Of a stretch of 64,000 nt of DNA, positions 27,432 through 34,782 are shown in pieces. Numbering within the stretch: position 1 is the stretch's first letter; the number at the start of each line of letters is the position of its first letter. The notes beneath the pieces are model-generated. The model had not been told where the DNA came from. It saw only the letters and a list, made by a program, of their open reading frames with translations, and ran no database searches. The stretch comes from a virus (lineage: Duplodnaviria > Caudoviricetes). The stretch covers positions 25,557-89,556 of IMG/VR virus record IMGVR_UViG_3300037471_001473; one strand, given 5' to 3'. Made by a program: the position numbers and the translations under genes.

Positions 27432-27701
27432 GTGGACGCCATCAAGACCACCCAATGCAACAAGGACTTCGGCAAGCCGGTCGACTGGGGCGAGAAAAAG
27501 CACGGCAGCTGCGGCTCGCTGCCGGTCCATCAGATCCTGCAGCCCGGCGGCATGCTGCGTCTGCGCTCGTTCTGGCGCCCCACGGCCGCCGAGCTCGCGG
27601 CCCTGAACGATGGCGCCGTCGTGGCGCTGAACATCTACGGCTACATGCACCCGCCGGTGTCCCTGCAGGTCGAGTACGCGGAGGAGGTGACGAGTGCCTA
27701 A
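27432..27701 (+). CDS. Hypothetical protein (89 aa)
   Basis: AAGGAG RBS; CGSLP...SFWRPTAAELAALNDG...HPPVSL. Confidence 0.75.
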   Translation: MDAIKTTQCNKDFGKPVDWGEKKHGSCGSLPVHQILQPGGMLRLRSFWRPTAAELAALNDGAVVALNIYGYMHPPVSLQVEYAEEVTSA

Positions 27702-27882
27702 GTACCGCGTCTGCTTCACCGTCGACGCCACCGTCGACGTCGTCGTCGAGGCGAAGACGCCACTGGAGGCGCAGCGCCTCGCGTGGAACAACGTCTCGGC
27801 GCCGTGCTTGTGCCACCAGTGCAGCGATGAAGTGGAGATCGGCGACATCCAGGACCTGATCAGCGTCGAGGAGGCCAGTTGA
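27694..27882 (+). CDS. Small protein with CxxC (62 aa)
   Basis: GGAGG RBS; LCHQCS. Confidence 0.7.
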   Translation: MPKYRVCFTVDATVDVVVEAKTPLEAQRLAWNNVSAPCLCHQCSDEVEIGDIQDLISVEEAS

Positions 27883-28343
27883 CCGACTACTACAGCCGCT
27901 ACGTGCGGTTCATGCCGCAGGTGTTCGCCATCGCGCAGCAGAGCAAGATGCCCGGCACGCGCGTGGGCGCGCTCGTGCTGGGCATGGACCGCGAGCCGCT
28001 GTCCAGCGGCTGGAACGGCGCTCCTCGCGGCTGCAGGGCCGACGAGGACGACCGACTGTCCACGCGCGAGGAGCGCCTGCGCTGGGTGGTCCACGCCGAA
28101 GCCAATGCCATCGCCAACGCCGCACGCAGCGGGCACAGCCTGCGCTTCGGCACCATGCTGACCACGCTGATGCCCTGCTTGAACTGCGCCCTGCTCATCG
28201 TGCAGTCGGGCATCAACACGGTCATCTGCCCCACACCCACTCCCGAGTTTCTCGATCGCTGGGGAGAGGACTTCAAGCGCACGCGCCAGCTGTTCGGCGA
28301 GTGCGGGGTCATGTTGATCGAGTTCGACAAGGAAACCACATGA
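27879..28343 (+). CDS. dCMP deaminase
   Basis: SGWNGAPRG, VHAEANAI (HxE), PCLNC (PCxxC). Confidence 0.92.
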   Translation: MTDYYSRYVRFMPQVFAIAQQSKMPGTRVGALVLGMDREPLSSGWNGAPRGCRADEDDRLSTREERLRWVVHAEANAIANAARSGHSLRFGTMLTTLMPCLNCALLIVQSGINTVICPTPTPEFLDRWGEDFKRTRQLFGECGVMLIEFDKETT

Positions 28344-28801
28344 ACATCACCAACGAGATCGCCGAGGCCATTCAACGCAACTTGCCCGCCGCCGTCGGCG
28401 AGGAGCTCCAAGCCGTCTTGGCCAAGGCGAAGACCGACGCCGAGGCGCTCGAAACGCTGCAGCGCAAGCTGACCGCCTCCGAAAAGGAGGTCCAGATCCT
28501 GCGCGCCGAGGGTGACCGCCTGGTCGAAAAGCTGCGTAGGCACGAAGACCTGGCCAAGCGGGAAGCCGCGGTGGTCGAGCGCGAACGCTTGCAGGAGGTC
28601 TTCGAGCTCAAGGCCCAACTGGCTGCGACTCAGCAAGTCGCTGAGCATTCGATGCAGATCACCAAGGACCTGGTGCGCAACACCGAGTACCGACGCACGC
28701 TGGCCAACAGCGAGACGCAATACCTTCCGACCGGCAGCGGCGGCTACCCGCAGCAGTTCACCAGCAACAACGGCAGCACCGAATCGAGGAGCGCAGTGTG
28801 A
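28340..28801 (+). CDS. Hypothetical coiled-coil protein
   Basis: AAGGAAACCAC-ATG; heptad-rich. Confidence 0.75.
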   Translation: MNITNEIAEAIQRNLPAAVGEELQAVLAKAKTDAEALETLQRKLTASEKEVQILRAEGDRLVEKLRRHEDLAKREAAVVERERLQEVFELKAQLAATQQVAEHSMQITKDLVRNTEYRRTLANSETQYLPTGSGGYPQQFTSNNGSTESRSAV

Positions 28802-29643
28802 CCCAACACCTGATCAACCGACAGTACGAGGACTACCTCTACCGCATCATGCGCTTCGGCGTCGACGCCACCGAGCGCACCGGCACTGGCGCGCGCTCGA
28901 TCTTCGGCCACCAGATGCGCTTCAACCTGACCACCGAGGGCTTCCCGCTCATCACGACGAAGAAGGTGCACTTCAAGTCCATCGCTCTGGAGCTTCAGTG
29001 GTTCCTGCGCGGCGAGACCAACGTGCGCTGGCTGCAGGAGCGCGGCGTGACGATCTGGGACGAGTGGGCCGACGAGAAGGGCGACCTGGGGCCGGTCTAC
29101 GGCGCGCAGTGGAGGTCATGGCCCAATCACAACTGGGACTTCTACCAGACCGACAACACACCGTCGACGATCGACCAGATCGCCAATGTCATCGAAGGCA
29201 TCAAGAAGAACCCCAACGGTCGCCGTCACATCGTCACCGCTTGGAACCCGGCCGACATCGACGACATGGCTCTGCCGCCTTGCCACTGCCTGTTCCAGTT
29301 CTACGTGAAGGACGGCAAGCTGTCGTGCCTGCTGTACCAGCGCAGCTGCGACTCGTTCCTCGGCGTGCCCTTCAACATCGCCAGCTACGCGCTGCTCACA
29401 CACCTGATGGCCCACCACTGCGGCCTGGGCGTGGGCGAGTTCATCTGGACCGGCGGCGACTGCCACATCTACCACAACCACTTCGAGCAGGTCTACGAGC
29501 AGGCCAAACGGCCCGTGCGCCCGTTCCCGAAGCTGGTCATCAAGTGCGACCCGAAGCCGCTGGAGGAGTACACCTACAGCGAGGACTTCCACATCGAGGG
29601 GTACGACCCGCACCCCGCGATCAAGGCGCCGGTGGCCGTATGA
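28798..29643 (+). CDS. thyA: Thymidylate synthase
   Basis: [50 protein letters not shown]. Confidence 0.97.
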   Translation: MTQHLINRQYEDYLYRIMRFGVDATERTGTGARSIFGHQMRFNLTTEGFPLITTKKVHFKSIALELQWFLRGETNVRWLQERGVTIWDEWADEKGDLGPVYGAQWRSWPNHNWDFYQTDNTPSTIDQIANVIEGIKKNPNGRRHIVTAWNPADIDDMALPPCHCLFQFYVKDGKLSCLLYQRSCDSFLGVPFNIASYALLTHLMAHHCGLGVGEFIWTGGDCHIYHNHFEQVYEQAKRPVRPFPKLVIKCDPKPLEEYTYSEDFHIEGYDPHPAIKAPVAV

Positions 29644-29768
29644 AACCGCACGATCGGCGCCATGCCGAGCACCGCCGGCGCCAGCGCGAGATCGACGTCT
29701 TCTGGCTGAAGTTCTGGGCCGTGGTCGGCGCTGCCGCGCTGTACCTGATCTGGGCCTGGGTGCGCTGA
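29640..29768 (+). CDS. 42-aa membrane peptide
   Basis: ATGA coupling to thyA; basic N-term then [20 protein letters not shown]. Confidence 0.6.
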   Translation: MKPHDRRHAEHRRRQREIDVFWLKFWAVVGAAALYLIWAWVR

Positions 29769-29962
29769 TGGGCAGCCGGCGTTGGCGCCGCAACCGGCGC
29801 CTGAAGTGCTGCTGCGGCGGCTGGTGGTTCCCTCATCGCCGTGGCTCGCAGGGAGCAGCCGGCGGCCGCTTCGACGGTGCCGGCTGCGAGTACCGGGCCT
29901 GGTGGTGGGGCGACACCGGGCGACCTGGCCAGCCGGCCGCGCCCGGCGTCGTGCCGTTTTAG
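29768..29962 (+). CDS. Cys/Trp/Arg-rich small protein
   Basis: TGATG coupling; CCCGGWWFPHRRGS...C resembles a CxCxG..FPHRxGS..C motif I recall from small phage proteins. Confidence 0.5.
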   Translation: MGSRRWRRNRRLKCCCGGWWFPHRRGSQGAAGGRFDGAGCEYRAWWWGDTGRPGQPAAPGVVPF

Positions 29963-29963
29963 G

Positions 29964-29992
29964 AAAAAAGGAGCCCAGCACGCGCCGGGCTC
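29964..29992 (-). terminator. Intrinsic terminator at the convergence of the two arms
   Basis: On -: GAGCCC...GGGCTC hairpin followed by C-TTTTTT, 25 bp after lysozyme stop. Confidence 0.7.
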
Positions 29993-30016
29993 AAATCTCC
30001 ACCACCTGGAGACTCG

Positions 30017-30574
30017 CTACACGAGCGCCGCTTCGGCGGCGCGCCGCAGGACAAGTCCGCGAAGCCGCCTGCCCCCGCCGTTGACCCACTTGGAGAGCTC
30101 GACCTTGACCGCGCCCCAGTCGCCGGCATTCACTCGCTTGCGCAGCGTGCTGCCGGCCAGGGCGGGCCAGCCGAGGTTGTAGGTGAAGTCCAGGATCGCT
30201 CCCAGACGACCCGCCGTCTCCTTGGCCAGGCCGGGGCACAGTCGCAGCACATGGGGTAGGAACTCGTGCTGCAGCTGGTGCCGGGCGATCTCGTAGGCAC
30301 GCTCGCGTGTGATTGCGGGGTCGGCCAGGGTGACGGCGGTGCCGTCGGGGTAGCGCGTGGTGCCCAGCCCGATCGTGGGCACGCCGGCGGGGCACAGGTA
30401 AGGAGTCAGGATCACGCCCTCGAAGCGTTCGACCAGCGAGATCGCAACGATCAGCGCGCGGTCGATGATGTCCTGCGGGTGGGGCTGGGTGTCGGCGAAA
30501 GCCTGCGGCCGCTTTGCAGCGGCCGCCACGGCGCGCATCGCGCGCGCCAGGGTGCTTTCGTCGAAGCGGCTCAC
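30017..30574 (-). CDS. Endolysin, GH24 lysozyme
   Basis: FEGVILTPYLCPAGVPTIGLG (E-x8-C-x5-T), DFTYNLG, STLRKRVNAGD, GLVLRRAAE; GTG start 30574 with AGGAG. Confidence 0.93.
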   Translation of the reverse strand: MSRFDESTLARAMRAVAAAAKRPQAFADTQPHPQDIIDRALIVAISLVERFEGVILTPYLCPAGVPTIGLGTTRYPDGTAVTLADPAITRERAYEIARHQLQHEFLPHVLRLCPGLAKETAGRLGAILDFTYNLGWPALAGSTLRKRVNAGDWGAVKVELSKWVNGGGRRLRGLVLRRAAEAALV

Positions 30575-31044
30575 GTGCCCACCCGCTCCTGAGTCCCTTC
30601 CCACAGGAACTCACCGCGCAGCCCGACGCGGCGGTGCATGCCGCAGCCGACGCAGTAGGTGCTGCCGTAGAAGTACGGGTCGCGCGCATACGTCTCAGCG
30701 ATGGCCGGTGCCATCGTGGTGACGCCGCCGCAGCCCTTGTCCGCGGCGTCGAGCTCCTTCTGCGTCCAGTAGCGCCCGGTCTTGGGCGCCATCTCGGGCG
30801 GGTAGCGCTCGAAGCCCACGTAGCCCATGCCAGCGTGGTCCTTCTGCTGCTGCTCGGTGAGCGGCTCCAGGTAGAACTGCGGGCCCGGCGCGCCCACGTG
30901 CACGTAGGAGCGCCGCACCGGCCGCACGAAGCCCTTGGCGATCTCCTCGACGGAGAGGACCAGGTAGGCCTCGTTCTGCTTGCGCGCGGTGTCGTCCTGG
31001 CCGCGGCCAAGCCGCAGATCGTTCGGGTCGGTGGTCAGCCCCAT
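30571..31044 (-). CDS. Hypothetical protein in lysis cassette (CxxC)
   Basis: ATG 31044 coupled to upstream stop; AETYARDPYFYGSTYCVGC. Confidence 0.75.
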   Translation of the reverse strand: MGLTTDPNDLRLGRGQDDTARKQNEAYLVLSVEEIAKGFVRPVRRSYVHVGAPGPQFYLEPLTEQQQKDHAGMGYVGFERYPPEMAPKTGRYWTQKELDAADKGCGGVTTMAPAIAETYARDPYFYGSTYCVGCGMHRRVGLRGEFLWEGTQERVGT

Positions 31045-31553
31045 CACTTGCCTCGCTTGTGCAGAGTGCGGTCGGCCAGGAAGAAGCCGAGGATCGCGAA
31101 GACCAGGTTCTCGTCGCGCGACACCATCACCCAGTGGTTGGCGTCGACCGCCTTCACCCACAGGATCAGCGCCACGGTGGCGGCAGCGGGCCGGATGGCA
31201 CCGTTCCAGGCGTCGATGAACCAGATCCCCACCGGCTTCATGGCCTGCACGACGGCGGCGTACCAGCCAGTGGCGTCCTGCTTCTCGATCTCGCCGGCGA
31301 GCTCCATCTGCCGCTGCTCACCCTGGACCTGGATCGTCTTGATCCCCATGTCGGCCTGCAGCTTGATCGCCTCCAGGTTGCGCGAGTGCGCGTTGCCGGC
31401 GATGCGGTCCTGGGCCTCCAGGAGCTCGATCTCGTGCTTGTGGTCCTGCGACTTGGTCCACGCAGAACTGAGCTCGCCCCAGATCATGCGGAAGGCCGAG
31501 CCCCCCAGGAATGAGAGGATCGGCCCGCCGATCGCCAGGATTGCTTCAAGCAT
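31044..31553 (-). CDS. Membrane protein, 3TM holin-like
   Basis: N-term TM, coiled coil, IRP motif followed by two hydrophobic segments. Confidence 0.6.
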   Translation of the reverse strand: MLEAILAIGGPILSFLGGSAFRMIWGELSSAWTKSQDHKHEIELLEAQDRIAGNAHSRNLEAIKLQADMGIKTIQVQGEQRQMELAGEIEKQDATGWYAAVVQAMKPVGIWFIDAWNGAIRPAAATVALILWVKAVDANHWVMVSRDENLVFAILGFFLADRTLHKRGK

Positions 31554-31824
31554 GGTGCGCTCCCCGGTGCATTCGTCTCGCCTTCCACCACGCCCCGGCC
31601 AGGAACAGTGTTGCGCCGATGGACAGGAACATGAACGTTCGAGGGCAGGTGACGAAGGTGTAGGTGGCCTTGAGCTCGGCGACCGCGCCTATGGCCATCA
31701 CGGCCATGCCAGCCCGCTGCAAGAGGTTGTCATCCCAGTGGGAGAAGATCCCCCACACGCAGCCAATGAGAAGGGCCATCATGAGGATGACCCACAGAAG
31801 TTCAGGCACAGTCGGCACCCACAT
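31546..31824 (-). CDS. Multi-pass membrane protein (92 aa)
   Basis: Three hydrophobic segments and basic C-terminus. Confidence 0.65.
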   Translation of the reverse strand: MWVPTVPELLWVILMMALLIGCVWGIFSHWDDNLLQRAGMAVMAIGAVAELKATYTFVTCPRTFMFLSIGATLFLAGAWWKARRMHRGAHHA

Positions 31825-31827
31825 GGC

Positions 31828-32151
31828 TCAGCCTCCAAAACGCTTCTTCGCCCAGTTCGTGATGGCATCGGCCACCTCAGAGGCGTTGAAGCCTTGGATG
31901 ACCTCATAGACCTTGGCGATCACGGCCATGCCGAACAGGCCGAGCATGAAGCCGACCAGCTGCAGGGAATCGCCCATGTGAAGAACGCGCGCCATGGTGG
32001 GCGCAGCGAGGTAGGAGAGGGCAGCGCCGCCGGCGACCATCGAGACCTTGCCGGTCCACGATTCGCCCTTCAGGAAGCGGAGGCTCACAAGGGAGCCAAC
32101 GAAGCCCGAGCCGACCTTTGCCGCTTCATCGAGAAAGCCCTGATCGGCCAC
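31828..32151 (-). CDS. Putative holin
   Basis: GGAG RBS + GTG 32151; several hydrophobic segments, basic C-term; first gene of lysis cassette. Confidence 0.65.
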   Translation of the reverse strand: MADQGFLDEAAKVGSGFVGSLVSLRFLKGESWTGKVSMVAGGAALSYLAAPTMARVLHMGDSLQLVGFMLGLFGMAVIAKVYEVIQGFNASEVADAITNWAKKRFGG

Positions 32152-32178
32152 ATTGCACTCCAACGTCGGTGATGCCGG

Positions 32179-32208
32179 ATTCTAGTTCCTATCCTACGAA
32201 TTTGTCAG
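32179..32208 (-). promoter_or_regulatory. sigma70-like promoter for lysis cassette
   Basis: CTGACA-18 bp-TAGAAT on - strand in AT-rich gap. Confidence 0.6.
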
Positions 32209-32786
32209 ATTTGACCGATTGCGGCAAGGGCTGCAGCCGTGGCAGCCTGCACGTCTTCGAGACCCACAGCGGCCTCCACAGCGATCTTGCCGGCGCGGCG
32301 CGCGCGCTCGATCGCGGGCCCCACCACCTCGTTCCACTGCTGCGCGAGGCCCAGGATCAGCTGAGCCGCCTGGGCCGGCGTGGAGCCCATGGCGTCGGCC
32401 TCGGCCTGCACGTAGGGCGGCGGCGTGCCGCCGCGGGCCATGAAGTCGGCGGCCTGCTGCGCCTTCACCAGGTAGGTGCCCTCCTGGCCAGGCGCCACGG
32501 TGATGTAGCGCTGGCGCGCCAGCCCGGCCGCCGAGTCGATGTCGGCCAGCGCCTGGGCGCGTGCCTCCTCGACGTTGGGCACCGGCGTCCAGCCACCCAC
32601 GGCGTTCCATCGCCACTCGCCCTGTTCAGGCGGCGGACGCGACACCGCGCGCGCGGCCACGGAGGGGTCGACAAGGCCCAAGTAGACGCCGTTGGCGTCC
32701 ACGCCGTGCACGACGACCGCCTGGTTGCTGGCCACCTGCTCTGTGCTGCCGTCGACCTTGGTGACGGAGATGGTGGTGAGCGTCAT
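32205..32786 (-). CDS. Tail-fibre assembly/chaperone-like protein
   Basis: Downstream of fibre; IDSAAGLARQRYIT...QEGTY..KAQQA pattern typical of fibre-associated proteins. Confidence 0.6.
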   Translation of the reverse strand: MTLTTISVTKVDGSTEQVASNQAVVVHGVDANGVYLGLVDPSVAARAVSRPPPEQGEWRWNAVGGWTPVPNVEEARAQALADIDSAAGLARQRYITVAPGQEGTYLVKAQQAADFMARGGTPPPYVQAEADAMGSTPAQAAQLILGLAQQWNEVVGPAIERARRAGKIAVEAAVGLEDVQAATAAALAAIGQI

Positions 32787-32944
32787 TGCGTCTCCACCAC
32801 CTTCGGAGCCTTCGCCGCCGCGTCCTGCTCAGTCACGGTCTTCTCGATGGCGTTGAGCATCACGCGCGTGACGCGCGCCGGCAGTTCCTCCAGCGTGGTC
32901 ACGATAGCCTGCAGGAGGTCCTCGGGGATGGTGTAGGTCTTCAT
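32783..32944 (-). CDS. 53-aa hypothetical protein (not in ORF track)
   Basis: MKTYTIPEDLLQAIVTTLEELPARVTRVMLNAIEK...; ATGA coupling to next gene. Confidence 0.65.
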   Translation of the reverse strand: MKTYTIPEDLLQAIVTTLEELPARVTRVMLNAIEKTVTEQDAAAKAPKVVETQ

Positions 32945-32960
32945 GGTGGTGGTGGGTGGA

Positions 32961-33365
32961 TTATTCGAGGGTCGCGGTCAACGTCCCCGTGCCAGTACAG
33001 GCCACGGTAGCGCCGCCGTCGAAGCTGAACTCCAGCTTGAGCGAGGTCGTCTTGGACCCGCCCAAGTTGGTGCGGTTGTTGTTCCATGTGAGGCTGCTGG
33101 TCAAGTCCTGCCAGGTCGTACCGTCCGCCAGGCCGCTGCTCGGCGCGGTGCCGCCGAGAACTGAGGCCCGAACCTTGGTGGCCGGCGGCGTGCCCTGATA
33201 CCAGGGGCCGGTGTTGGCGCTGGTGTCGGTGCCTGAGCACGACACACTGCCGCTGGACGTCACCGTGACGCCGGCGTTGGCGAAGCCGCCGATCGAACCC
33301 GTGCTCTGGGACGTGAACGTGAAGTCCCGAGCACGCTTACCAGAGAAGGGGAAGTAGGGAAACAT
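32961..33365 (-). CDS. Small beta-rich tail-fibre-associated protein
   Basis: Ser/Thr/Gly-rich, directly after the fibre gene. Confidence 0.65.
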   Translation of the reverse strand: MFPYFPFSGKRARDFTFTSQSTGSIGGFANAGVTVTSSGSVSCSGTDTSANTGPWYQGTPPATKVRASVLGGTAPSSGLADGTTWQDLTSSLTWNNNRTNLGGSKTTSLKLEFSFDGGATVACTGTGTLTATLE

Positions 33366-33376
33366 GGGTGCCTACT

Positions 33377-34780
33377 TTACAGATTTGTCCAAACGCCCTC
33401 GAAGCGCGCGGCCGCGACGTTATACATGACGTCCAGATAGTTCACCTTGTTGGCGCCGGCGAGGTAGCTGCCGGCGATCAACGGTGCGTTGGCCGCGCCC
33501 AGGTTGCTCAGCGCCACCGTGCGCGCCGTGGCGTCGCTCAGGAAGCGGATGCGCAGCGCCTGGCCTGCGGCCGGGCTGCTGATCGCCAGCCCGGTCACAT
33601 TGCCGGTCAGGGTGCCGATCTCGAAGTAGTTGCCCCTGGTCGCGTCGATAGCGGGCACCGCGCTGTACGCGACGGCCACAGAGGTCGTCAGCGTGCCGAC
33701 GTTGAACGTCGCGCGCGAGGCCGTGAGGGACAACACGCTGCCACCGCCCACGCCCGCGGCGCGGAAGGAGATCGTGGTGTTGGCCGCCAACACGAGGTCG
33801 GGGGTCTCGGAGACCAGCGCGACGTTGGAGCCGGCGTTGCCCTGCAGGTAGCCCGCGCGCGCGCTCAGCGCGCCGTTCTTCAGGCTGATGTAGCCGTTGT
33901 CGTGGCGCACGACGAACGCCTCGGCCGCGGTGCTGCCGCCGTAGACCGAGCCCGTGAAGTCGGCGTTGAGACCGAACATGTTGACCCAGCGTGCCGACGA
34001 GGTGCCCAGCGCGTAGGTGTTGTTGATCGCAGGGCGAACGGTGCCGTCCGGGTCGATGAACATGCGCCCGTTGCCGTTGGTGCCGAATTGCAGCGGCACG
34101 GCGCCGTCGGTCATGAACAGGAAGCTGCTTCCGACGTTGAACTGGATGTACCCGCTGCGCGTGTTGCCCGCCGTGTTGAAGAACGACAGGTAGGCGTTGT
34201 CGTTCTGCAGACGGTGGAGCTCGGACTGTCCGCTGCTGAGGGTCAGGCCTTTCACCCACTGCTGTCCGTTGACCGACAGCAAGAAGCCCTGATCGGACGT
34301 GAAGCCCCACGAGAAGTTGCCGTTGTTGGTGATCACGCCGAGCGTAGTGGCGGACTTGTTGCGGAACACCGTCTGGCCGCCACCGCCCATCTGCAGGTAC
34401 AGGCTCTTGCTGCTGCCGAAGACGCGCACCGCGTCCACGTCAGGAGTGCCGTTGCCGGCGAAGCTGAACTCGCCGCCGTTGAAGTCCAAGCCTGCCTGGA
34501 TAGACACCGTGCCCGTGAATGCCTGAGTGCCGGCGAAGGTGTTGCCACCGGACTTCTTCGCATAGCCGGTGCTGAACTCCAACCAGGCCGAGCCGTTGTA
34601 CTCCTCGATCAGGCCGCTCGACCGGTTCATCCGCTTCGCGTAAGACGGGATCGAGCCAGAGATCGTCTCCTGCGCGGAGTCAAGCCACCGCGCCAGGCCG
34701 ATCATGTTGTTGACGATGTTCGGGACGAACTCGGTGTTGTAGGCATCCGTGATCGCCGGCTTCTGAAAATTGATGGCCAT
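33377..34780 (-). CDS. Tail fibre / receptor-binding protein
   Basis: Follows gpJ; YAKKSGGNTFAG shaft motif; C-term IDATRGNYFEIGTLTGNVT tip-like domain. Confidence 0.75.
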   Translation of the reverse strand: MAINFQKPAITDAYNTEFVPNIVNNMIGLARWLDSAQETISGSIPSYAKRMNRSSGLIEEYNGSAWLEFSTGYAKKSGGNTFAGTQAFTGTVSIQAGLDFNGGEFSFAGNGTPDVDAVRVFGSSKSLYLQMGGGGQTVFRNKSATTLGVITNNGNFSWGFTSDQGFLLSVNGQQWVKGLTLSSGQSELHRLQNDNAYLSFFNTAGNTRSGYIQFNVGSSFLFMTDGAVPLQFGTNGNGRMFIDPDGTVRPAINNTYALGTSSARWVNMFGLNADFTGSVYGGSTAAEAFVVRHDNGYISLKNGALSARAGYLQGNAGSNVALVSETPDLVLAANTTISFRAAGVGGGSVLSLTASRATFNVGTLTTSVAVAYSAVPAIDATRGNYFEIGTLTGNVTGLAISSPAAGQALRIRFLSDATARTVALSNLGAANAPLIAGSYLAGANKVNYLDVMYNVAAARFEGVWTNL

Positions 34781-34782
34781 GA

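Noticed and set aside
28798-29643. ThyA homologue as a dNMP hydroxymethylase for base modification
   Set aside because: Canonical ThyA motifs including PFNIASY are intact; no kinase or glycosyltransferase partner seen.
33377-34780. Diversity-generating retroelement targeting the fibre
   Set aside because: No reverse transcriptase and no near-identical TR/VR pair noticed.
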